This document shows, piece by piece, positions 44,854-52,995 of a stretch of DNA of 64,000 bases. The position numbers were made by a program, and so were the translations under genes. Every line of letters begins with the position of its first letter. Positions within the stretch are counted from its first letter, which is position 1. The DNA comes from Verrucomicrobiales bacterium (GTDB lineage Bacteria; Verrucomicrobiota; Verrucomicrobiia; Limisphaerales; CANJXF01). The notes beneath the pieces are model-generated. The model had not been told where the DNA came from. It did not search any database and saw only the letters and a program-made list of their open reading frames with translations. The stretch is from positions 26,912-90,911 of the forward strand of contig CANJXF010000003.1 of NCBI GenBank assembly GCA_947478865.1, read 5' to 3'.

Positions 44854-45315
44854 CTACTCATAAATCGTGAATCTATTGTAGGGACGAACCTCAACATCAG
44901 CAACTCGTCCGGTGGAATCCACCCAGACAAGCGTGAGCCGCTCCGAAAAGAACAAACGCCGCTGCGAGTAGTGAACGCTCCGCTCTCCATTGATTGGCTC
45001 TTCTGCGGGGAGATACCGAAAGTGTCGAATGGCATCATCACTATCGGGGTAAACAAGCAACTGCCCGGCTAAACTCCCTGGTGCGGCGGCGTTGGTGAAA
45101 ACGCGAACTCCATCAAGCCGAATCGAGACCAACCTGCCGGGAAACGGCAGCACGCGGCACTGTGTGGCGACGGCAGTAGGAGAACCGTGGTGGCGGAGAT
45201 AGTCTGCGAGCAACTCCCCACGCGCTGCGCGACGAAGTGCCGCCGGCGTAACGGCAGCGAGGATGGCGACAAGAGTGAAAATGGCGAAGCCCCAGGTTTT
45301 CTTCCTAGCCGTCAT
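44854..45315 (-). CDS. hypothetical protein with N-terminal signal anchor
   Basis: 153-aa ORF. MTARKKTWGFAIFTLVAILAAV hydrophobic N-terminus. No family recognised. Confidence 0.45.
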   Translation of the reverse strand: MTARKKTWGFAIFTLVAILAAVTPAALRRAARGELLADYLRHHGSPTAVATQCRVLPFPGRLVSIRLDGVRVFTNAAAPGSLAGQLLVYPDSDDAIRHFRYLPAEEPINGERSVHYSQRRLFFSERLTLVWVDSTGRVADVEVRPYNRFTIYE

Positions 45316-45618
45316 CGTTGTGAGCCGCCTAACATTGAAGTCGGTTGCGAAAGCGGCGCATTTCGCAGCCTATCTCGGGTTTCACTGGCGCAACCCTACG
45401 CTTGCGGATTGAGTCTTGCCAGCCCTTTTTCCCGAACAGTTTGTGCCGAACCCGAAGCTGCGTTTGCGGCATCAAGTGCTGGGCGTGGAGGAGCCGACGT
45501 GAGTAGGCTGACGCTGACGGAATAAGAGTTAGAGTCTCGTTACGTCGCCTCCTACAGTTGAGGTCGCGGCGCGATTTGTAATGGCTCTTCAGCCGTGGGC
45601 AAGGCTCGTGGCAAAAGA

Positions 45619-45807
45619 TTCAGCGGACGCGGCGGGTCGTTCAATCGGCTAAGATGCTAATTCGGCGACGGCAGACGCCGGTTCAGCGCACGCGGAAGGT
45701 GGTTCAGGCACTGCGGACGGCAATTCAGCAGCCTCGGATGCACGTTCAGCCGAGACGGACGGGCCTTCAACGGACGCGGCGGCTCATTCAGCAGAGGCGG
45801 TGGGGCG
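45619..45807. repeat. nine tandem 21-nt units, consensus TTCAGCnnnnnCGGnnGnnnn
   Basis: Unit starts at 45619, 45640, 45661, 45682, 45703, 45724, 45745, 45766 and 45787, exactly 21 nt apart. TTCA is kept in 8 of 9 units, and CGG at unit positions 12-14 in 7 of 9. Confidence 0.9.
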
Positions 45808-45947
45808 ATCCATTGAGTTGGATGAAGGATCGGCGGGCGCGGCGAGGTTCGCGAAGAGGATGGGGGATTGGGAGGGAGGGGGCCAGTTGAAGCGAGAGTG
45901 GCAGGGTAAGGTTGTGCCTTGATTCGTATTGGGAGCGTGCTCTTGGA

Positions 45948-47372
45948 CTAGGGAGCCTGTTCAGGCGGCTTTCCCAAACCTGGATTCAATTGGACGCGTT
46001 CAAAGGCCGCCGGAGCAAACGTGGCTTTGCCGAAATTGGGGCTTGTCCCGGTCACGCCCTGCGCATCCCAGCGTTCCAGGCGGAAGGTGACGCTTTCGGT
46101 CGGTTTGAGAAAGGCGCGAACGGTTGGCTCACTTGCCGGTTTCTCATCGAAACTTGCCGCAACAAATTGAACTCGATCGATTCTCGCCAGCGGAACGTCC
46201 AGCTTCGTTTTCGCGGTGGCAAAGGTCAGTTTTCCATCACGATAGCTCTCGGCGGTTCCGGACACCGCGTCGCCGTTGAGAAGCTTCGCCACGTCCTCTT
46301 TTCCTGGGGCGTTCGTGCTTTTGTTATCCATTTTTCCGTTCCACTCGGAAATGCGAAGGTTGCTCAACTTCACCGCGCCTTGCCCGCCTTGATGCACGAA
46401 GCGCATCCCGGTGCCCGTTCCAGCGAAGCCGTCCGCATCGATCCATTCCTTGACGAGGCTGCCGTCGGCCAAGAGCGCCACGGTGGCCTTCGCTTTGTTG
46501 GCGCGGATCTCGACGTGAGCCTGATTTTTCTGGTTGAAGGCCGGCACAAGAACCTGCCCCAGATATTTTAACGGCTCATTCTTTTTCACCGGCATGAGGC
46601 TCGCCATGAAGCTGTTGATCTGCACGCTGTAGAAGCCGCCGAAATCCGGTTCGGTATCCTTGTTCTGCAAATTCACCGGCTGCATGTAACTCGTGTAAAT
46701 GGCAATGGCCGCTTGCAGTTGCCCCTTCCAGGCGAGGTCGAAATGGATGCTCGCCATGTCCGGCAAATTCATCTCGCGCGCGATCGACGCGGATTGCGTG
46801 GCGTAAAAAGCGCCGTTCGTGTAGGTCCACTCGCCCGCTTCGCCGGGAATCGCCGTGACTTTGCCGATGGTCCAGCCTTCCCGCCCGGTCAGTCCGGCGA
46901 AAACAGGGGTGCGCTCCGGAGGCAACGGTTCGAGCACGGCCACCCTTTTGCGCGGGAAAACCATTTTGCCCGCGAATGTCGTTTCCAAAGTGATTGCCTC
47001 GGAATTCAACTGGAGCAGCGCGCCTTCCAGCGAGTCGCCGTTGCTGAATTCAATTCGGCACACATTGGTCGCAGCGCTGGATGGTTTTTTGGCCGCTGCA
47101 AACTGGATTTCTGAAATGTTGGTGCCGCTGAATTCCATCGGCTGCGAAACGTCGCCGCGCCGCCAGATGACCGTGTGGTCTGCGGCGATGGATTCCAAAT
47201 TGCCCAGCAGCAGATCGCCGTTTTGGAAAACGATGGCCTGTTTCGAAGCTGTTTTCGCGGCGGAACCAGAGGGGTTTTCCTGGGCGAACGCCTCACCCGA
47301 GATCAAAGCAAGGCTCAACGCGAAGGAAAGCCATTGGCCGCGGCGCCTCTGCATGGGGAGATTATTATTCAT
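45948..47372 (-). CDS. secreted protein, paralog 1: NGD-type beta modules flanking a jelly-roll (DUF1080/LamG-like) core
   Basis: Signal peptide. FQNGDLLLGNL, FSNGDSLEGAL and LLNGDAVSGTA modules. Central GWTIGK ... SNLRISEW core. Colinear with 47365-48822. Confidence 0.75.
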   Translation of the reverse strand: MNNNLPMQRRRGQWLSFALSLALISGEAFAQENPSGSAAKTASKQAIVFQNGDLLLGNLESIAADHTVIWRRGDVSQPMEFSGTNISEIQFAAAKKPSSAATNVCRIEFSNGDSLEGALLQLNSEAITLETTFAGKMVFPRKRVAVLEPLPPERTPVFAGLTGREGWTIGKVTAIPGEAGEWTYTNGAFYATQSASIAREMNLPDMASIHFDLAWKGQLQAAIAIYTSYMQPVNLQNKDTEPDFGGFYSVQINSFMASLMPVKKNEPLKYLGQVLVPAFNQKNQAHVEIRANKAKATVALLADGSLVKEWIDADGFAGTGTGMRFVHQGGQGAVKLSNLRISEWNGKMDNKSTNAPGKEDVAKLLNGDAVSGTAESYRDGKLTFATAKTKLDVPLARIDRVQFVAASFDEKPASEPTVRAFLKPTESVTFRLERWDAQGVTGTSPNFGKATFAPAAFERVQLNPGLGKPPEQAP

Positions 47373-48822
47373 GATCCTCCCAAAGAATGTCGTCGTTCAA
47401 ACCCGCCTGGCCGGAGGGCGTTTTCGATTTGTCCGGATTGAACCGCATTTGCCGAACCGATGGTGAATTGAGCGAGATCTTTCCGAAATCCTTGTTCTGG
47501 CCCGAAATTGTTTCCGGCCCCCATTTTTCCAGATTAAACGAGATCGTTCCGCCGCCAGCCAAGGCAACCTGAACTTCCCAGGGGTTGCGAGGGGCGGAAT
47601 TGGTTTTCGCGCCGCTGCCGAGCAAAAGGTGGGTGACGCGCTGGAGGGGGATTTCGAGCGGCGCGGAACTCGACACGAATTTCACATTTCCCGCGGCAAC
47701 GCTGGTGAGTTTTCCGGAAACACTGTCGTTGTTCGCGAGAAGAAGTTGATCAATGGCACTGGTCGAATTGGTCGTAGCTTCGTTTTGAGGCCGGCCGTCC
47801 CATTCGGAAACCTTCAAATTGCTGACGGTGATGGCGCTGTCGTTCTGCGAGTAAAAGAGAATTCCCGACCCGTTTCCCACCCAGCCGGCGGTGTCGATCC
47901 AGCGGTTGATCAGTTTTCCATCGACGAGAACCTCCAGCGTGCCATCCGCCTTGTTGGCGCGAAATTCCAGGTGAACTTTTTTGTTGGCCAGCATCGCGCC
48001 GATGCTTTCCGTTCGCCCCATCATGCTGGAACCCGCGCCCGCATTGATGCGTTGCAGGGAAATATTTCCGAGCGTGATGTAAAACATGTAGGAGCTGTTG
48101 TTGTAATTGAAGTTTTCAAAATTTCCGGTGTAGAAAGAGAACAACAGATTGAAAGGCGCGGTCCAGGCGAGGTCAAATTCCAGCCGGCTCGCGGCGGGCA
48201 GATTCAAATCGCGCCCGATCGTGCCGGAGGCGTTGGCCACGAACGTGCCATCGCGGTAAACCCAGGTATTCGTGCTCTGGGTTTTGCCCACCGTCCAGCC
48301 CTCAAGCCCGGTCGGACCTTCGAAAATGGGCGCGGCGCCCTTGGGAAAAAAGCGAATCGAACTCAACGTCGCTCGGGGCGTCTTAAACTTTCCGCCGAAC
48401 GCCGTCTGCAATTCCACTTCGGTTTCGTTGATCGAAATCAAGTTGCCGAAAAATTCGTCGCCATTGGCAAAGCGGAATTGGCTGATCGGGTCGGTGCGGC
48501 GCGCTGGATTTTTATCCGGGTGCGAGAAGCGAATCGTCGCCAGGTTATCCGGCGCGAATTCAAATGGCCGTTTGGCCTGAGGATGCTCCCAGCTCACCCC
48601 TTTCGTGACGTCGATGGAGCGCAGGCGCCCATGAAGCGTTGAGCCGTCCAGCAGGTCGAGGATCTCGCCAGACTCCTGGCCGGAACCATTCGCAGCAGCG
48701 CTGGCCCTGGGGGGATCGGCGGCGAAGATTTTTGTGGAAACGCAGCCGAGGAAAATCGCGGCGACTGAGAAGTGCCACGCGAGTTGCCGCGCGCTCGTTC
48801 CAGTTGGTCGTGAGGTTTTCAT
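47365..48822 (-). CDS. secreted protein, paralog 2 of 45948-47372
   Basis: Signal peptide. LLDGSTLHGRL, FANGDEFFGNL and LANNDSVSGKL modules. Central GWTVGK ... SNLKVSEW core. Confidence 0.75.
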   Translation of the reverse strand: MKTSRPTGTSARQLAWHFSVAAIFLGCVSTKIFAADPPRASAAANGSGQESGEILDLLDGSTLHGRLRSIDVTKGVSWEHPQAKRPFEFAPDNLATIRFSHPDKNPARRTDPISQFRFANGDEFFGNLISINETEVELQTAFGGKFKTPRATLSSIRFFPKGAAPIFEGPTGLEGWTVGKTQSTNTWVYRDGTFVANASGTIGRDLNLPAASRLEFDLAWTAPFNLLFSFYTGNFENFNYNNSSYMFYITLGNISLQRINAGAGSSMMGRTESIGAMLANKKVHLEFRANKADGTLEVLVDGKLINRWIDTAGWVGNGSGILFYSQNDSAITVSNLKVSEWDGRPQNEATTNSTSAIDQLLLANNDSVSGKLTSVAAGNVKFVSSSAPLEIPLQRVTHLLLGSGAKTNSAPRNPWEVQVALAGGGTISFNLEKWGPETISGQNKDFGKISLNSPSVRQMRFNPDKSKTPSGQAGLNDDILWEDHE

Positions 48823-48828
48823 CAGATT

Positions 48829-49839
48829 TCAGCGCTCGTAAATGGGCAGGAAACGATAATTCAACGCAAGCGAAAGCAGCGAAGTGGATGTGGCAAAGGT
48901 CGTCCCAAACTGGCCGTCCCAGTTGCCCTCCGGGTTTTGCGATCCCTTCAGGGTGGCGATATTTTTGCGATTCCAGGCCTGCCACGATTGCGGAGACGCC
49001 TGGAAATACGCCTGCGACGCATAGTAGAGATAATATTGCGCGTAATTCTGTTCCGGCGGGGTTTTCTTCAAATATTCAAATGAGGCCTGAAACGGCTTGG
49101 TGTTTTTGTCCTTGGCCAGCGCCAAAACCAGGCAGCCAATTGCGGTGCGCGTGCCGTTGGGTCCCGAGGGCGAGGTGTAACCAAACCCGCCTTCCGGCGT
49201 TTGGTTTTTTAGAAAGAATTGAATCCCTTTGGTGATCGCATCTTCCGGCACGGCGACGCCCGCATTGCGCGCGGCAAACAGCGCGACCATTTGCGACCCG
49301 CTGACGGTCGTGTCGGCGTCGTTGCTCTCCGGCGCGTAACGCCATGCGCCCTGCGGGTTATTGGATTGCGACGCCAAAATGAGTTTGACCGCATTTTTCA
49401 AGGCTGGGCCGAGCCGGGGATCGTCCACCATCCCATAGGCTTCCGCCAGGGCGAGCGTGGCAAAACCGTGGTTGTACATCGTCTTGCCGATGTAGCCGGT
49501 TTTCTCGTTCATTTGCTTGAGAATAAAATTCAGCGAGCGGCGAATCGGCTGGCTGTAGGGCCCGAGGTTCGGATCGTCGCCGTGCGCCAACATGCTCAGA
49601 ACAGCGAATCCCACCACTGCCGGCTCGCCGCCGTAAGGCATGTCTTTCCAATTCCCTTCGGGCGCCTGATTGCGCACCAGAAACTGAAGGCCCCTGGTGT
49701 AAATGCGTTCAACTTCTTTTGGAGCCATGTCGGATTGCTCCATGAAAAGCTCCTGCGCATTCGCAACGAGCGGGAGGGTGAAACTGCAAAGGAGCGCAGC
49801 AAGTCCGATCGTAATCTTTCTCGCGCTCCTGGTCGTCAT
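48829..49839 (-). CDS. secreted prenyltransferase/squalene-oxidase-repeat (alpha/alpha toroid) protein
   Basis: Signal peptide from MTTRSARKITIGLAALLCSFTLPLVANA. Repeats QAPEGNWKD, NPQGAWRY, QTPEGGFGY and QNPEGNWDGQFG. Confidence 0.8.
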   Translation of the reverse strand: MTTRSARKITIGLAALLCSFTLPLVANAQELFMEQSDMAPKEVERIYTRGLQFLVRNQAPEGNWKDMPYGGEPAVVGFAVLSMLAHGDDPNLGPYSQPIRRSLNFILKQMNEKTGYIGKTMYNHGFATLALAEAYGMVDDPRLGPALKNAVKLILASQSNNPQGAWRYAPESNDADTTVSGSQMVALFAARNAGVAVPEDAITKGIQFFLKNQTPEGGFGYTSPSGPNGTRTAIGCLVLALAKDKNTKPFQASFEYLKKTPPEQNYAQYYLYYASQAYFQASPQSWQAWNRKNIATLKGSQNPEGNWDGQFGTTFATSTSLLSLALNYRFLPIYER

Positions 49840-49886
49840 CTCTTGCCGAAAAGCTTTTAAAACTAAGATTAAGAAAGTGGGCGTCA

Positions 49887-52800
49887 TCAATTGGTTTCCC
49901 GCTCCAGGGCTTTGAAATAACTCTCCAGCGTCTCGCGGAATTCCGCGGGCAAACTGCTGCCCGCCGCGCCGCTCGCCTTTTGCACCCGGCGATTCTCGGC
50001 CCCTTTGCCGCCGGCATCTCCGCTGGTGTCGCCAGCCGTCTTATCGGTGGAACCGCCGAACCGATTCCCCCCGCCGCTCGGGCTCATCGACATCGCTTCG
50101 CCCGGCTTGTCTCCCTTCGACATCATCTGCATCAAAAACGCCATTTGTTCCGCGTTGCTTTCACTTTCGCTTTCCTGCGGTTTCGGATTCTGCCGCTTGG
50201 CTTCCTCATTGATCAAGTTGACCAGATCCGTGATCAGATCAACCGCTTTGACTTGCGTTTCCAAGGTGGTCGCGTCGGTCCGCGGCTTTTTCAAAAGCGA
50301 ATGAACCTCGTCCATCGCCTCATCGGCCTGGTGATATGGTTCAACCAGCGGGGGGATATTGTTCTTGTTGGCCAGGTCGGTCATGTCTTCGGCCAATTTG
50401 TTTTGCGTCTCAGAAAGTGCTCCGGTGCGTTCTTTGTAATTCGCTGCGTCGCCTTTGTTTTCATCGAGCAACCGGGTTTGCTCGCGCACCGTAATTTCCT
50501 TCTCGCGCAGCCGCAGCAGCGCCATCAATGTCTTGGTCATATCGGACTCCGATTCTCCTCCGCTGCCTTCACCGGAATCTGACTCTTCTTTTTCCGGCTC
50601 GAGCTTGGCTGCCCATTTTTCAAATCGCTCCGCCCATTCGCCGAGGTTTTTCATCGCCTGCATCGCGATATTGTCTTTGATCATGAACCCCATCCGCTCC
50701 AATTCCTCGGTCATTTTCGCCTCGGCAATTTCCTTGCTCACTTCGCCATAATTCGGCTTCTGCGTCCGTTCGAAAAACCGGTTGAGTTCGTTCTGCAACT
50801 GTTGCGATTCCGTATGGGTTGACTGCTGCCGGCTGGCCAAGGCGGCGCCGACTTTTTTGAACTTTTCCGGCAATTCCCTGGGCAACATCCCAATCGTGTC
50901 GGGAACAATTTTCTGCAATTCAGCGCTGATCTCGGTTTCCGATGAACCCACTTTGCGCAGTCGCTCCGCCAGGGTGAGCGCCTGCAGGTTGTCCAGATCC
51001 TTGTTCACCTTCCCCTGCATCTTCTCGAGCTTCTCCAAAACTTCTTTCTCCTGTTTCAACGCATCGGCCAGTTCATTTTCCCGGTCCTCCTTTTTCGAGC
51101 TCTTTTGCGCCGCCTTCAAACTCTCGCCGGCCGATTTCATTTCCTTTTTCGAAAGCTTTTCCATTTGCTGCAAATTCTTCGCCCATTCCTGCAACGCATC
51201 CTCGGTAAAGACCGGGTTCTTCATTGCTTCCTGCAATGTCTTAACGCCCTCATTGGCGAGCTGGTCCAGATTTTTCGCATTGCGCTCCTGGTCTTCATTC
51301 GCCTTGCCGATGCGCTCGGCTTTTTGTGGGTCGGTCAACTTCTCGTTCTCGCTGACGTCGGTGGTGTTTGCCATCACCTTTTCCTCCAACCGCGCCACTT
51401 CCTCGACGCGCGCCAGCAACGATTCCAGTTTTTGACGGACCAGTTCGGCATGTTTTTCTTTGCCCAAAATGTGAATGCGGTGAACAGAGGACTGCGCCCG
51501 CTCCCGTCCCGGCAGATAATCGCGAGCGAAGGCCTGAAGCTCGACCGAGCTGTCCTCTGGAATCCGGTAGATCGCCGGGCTCCAGCGAAATGTTTTCTCC
51601 AGATTTTTCAAATGCGGAGAGCTCGGCTGAACCTTGACCTCAGTCACCGAACTGCCTTGAGGCCGAATCGAGTCGGCTTCGAAATCCCAGCTGAGCCCGA
51701 GATCGAACACGCCGTAGTCATCCTTCGCCACGGTTTTGATTTCCAAAACATCCGTGTTGAGCATCGCCATGTCGCTCGGCATGTCCGGAATTGCCGGGAG
51801 TGGAGGCAAATCTTTTTGCGGACGCACCGACAGCTTCCAAGGAGTCGCATTGCTCAGCCCAAGATGGTCCTGCCACGCGAAACTGTATTGCAGTGCCGCA
51901 TTGTTCGTGAAAATCCCGGTCGTGAATTCATCTTTGCTCGCCGTCAGATTTGCCGAGTTCTTCCCGTCGTAAATTTGTGCTGAACGCAAATTCCGGCTGA
52001 CTCGCCCGCGCAAAGAAAATTGGCTTCCCTCGAGCAAATTCAAATTCCCATTGTTGATCGGCTGGTTCGTCGCCAGCGTTTGCAGGTACTCGGGCAACTG
52101 CACCGATGCCTCTATTTCCTTCAAAGCCGGACGATGCGTCGGCACCACCGCGACATCGCGCGTGGCATCGCCGACTTTCACCCGCAAGACGCCGTTCTGA
52201 ATCTGCGTGGGAATCTGAAACTGCACCCGGTCATTGGCGACGCTCGCCGAGAGGCGATTCTGCTTTTCAACCTGCGCCGTCGCGCGCGAGGGCTTCCAGA
52301 ACGAGCGATACTGAACGGCCGCATCCAATTGAAAAACTTCGCCGTGCGGCACGACGATTTGGGCCGGCAGATCTTCGAGCTTCACCAGAGTGTAACGCGG
52401 AATCGCAGCCAGCGGCGCAATCCAGCGGCTCAGCACGTTTTGGCTCGCGGCGGGAATAATCAGGCTCGGCAGCAGGGCGAGAAGGGCCAGACCCACGGTC
52501 GCGAAGATCAGCTTCTTGGAGCGGCGTTTATCGACGGCTTCCCGGAAATCAAATTGCACCGTTTCGTTGGAAACCTGGTTGATGGCTGCTTGATAAAGTT
52601 CCGGAGAAAAATTCGCGTCGTGTTTGCTTTCAGTCGAGAGCTCGACAATCCCGAGCAAACGATCGCCGAGGCGGCGGAATTTCTTCTGCACGATCACCGA
52701 CAAACTGCGCCAATCGCGCCGCTTGAAAACCCAATGGCGCAACCATTGAAAGGCAGCGGCCGCACAAATTCCAAGTGTTCCGAGCAAAAGCAAACCGCGA

Positions 52801-52988
52801 AACCAGGATGGCGAATCCCAAACCCGGTCGGAGACGAATAAAACCAGGAATGACGCGATCGCGCCGGAAAGAGCAAGGCAAACGGCCGTCGCCGTCTCAG
52901 TTTTCCAAAGACGCCGCTCCAGCAGATTGAATTGCCGCCGCAAATTTTCGGGCAACTCCACTTTGATTTGTTTTTCGTTTTGCGCCAT
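49887..52988 (-). CDS. DUF4175-like membrane protein with long E/K-rich coiled coil (1033 aa)
   Basis: Two N-terminal TM segments, a beta-rich middle, then about 450 aa of heptad-like E/K/Q/L-rich sequence and a Gly/Ser-rich tail. Confidence 0.75.
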   Translation of the reverse strand: MAQNEKQIKVELPENLRRQFNLLERRLWKTETATAVCLALSGAIASFLVLFVSDRVWDSPSWFRGLLLLGTLGICAAAAFQWLRHWVFKRRDWRSLSVIVQKKFRRLGDRLLGIVELSTESKHDANFSPELYQAAINQVSNETVQFDFREAVDKRRSKKLIFATVGLALLALLPSLIIPAASQNVLSRWIAPLAAIPRYTLVKLEDLPAQIVVPHGEVFQLDAAVQYRSFWKPSRATAQVEKQNRLSASVANDRVQFQIPTQIQNGVLRVKVGDATRDVAVVPTHRPALKEIEASVQLPEYLQTLATNQPINNGNLNLLEGSQFSLRGRVSRNLRSAQIYDGKNSANLTASKDEFTTGIFTNNAALQYSFAWQDHLGLSNATPWKLSVRPQKDLPPLPAIPDMPSDMAMLNTDVLEIKTVAKDDYGVFDLGLSWDFEADSIRPQGSSVTEVKVQPSSPHLKNLEKTFRWSPAIYRIPEDSSVELQAFARDYLPGRERAQSSVHRIHILGKEKHAELVRQKLESLLARVEEVARLEEKVMANTTDVSENEKLTDPQKAERIGKANEDQERNAKNLDQLANEGVKTLQEAMKNPVFTEDALQEWAKNLQQMEKLSKKEMKSAGESLKAAQKSSKKEDRENELADALKQEKEVLEKLEKMQGKVNKDLDNLQALTLAERLRKVGSSETEISAELQKIVPDTIGMLPRELPEKFKKVGAALASRQQSTHTESQQLQNELNRFFERTQKPNYGEVSKEIAEAKMTEELERMGFMIKDNIAMQAMKNLGEWAERFEKWAAKLEPEKEESDSGEGSGGESESDMTKTLMALLRLREKEITVREQTRLLDENKGDAANYKERTGALSETQNKLAEDMTDLANKNNIPPLVEPYHQADEAMDEVHSLLKKPRTDATTLETQVKAVDLITDLVNLINEEAKRQNPKPQESESESNAEQMAFLMQMMSKGDKPGEAMSMSPSGGGNRFGGSTDKTAGDTSGDAGGKGAENRRVQKASGAAGSSLPAEFRETLESYFKALERETN

Positions 52989-52995
52989 TACTCTC

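Noticed and set aside
45619-45807. CRISPR array?
   Set aside because: The period is only 21 nt, with a 6-nt conserved head rather than a repeat-spacer organisation of roughly 28-37 nt repeats. No cas genes are in the window.
45654-45890. 78-aa ORF over the 21-nt tandem array
   Set aside because: Its heptad periodicity is a by-product of the DNA repeat. The repeat begins before the ATG, and the product is extremely Arg/Gln-rich.
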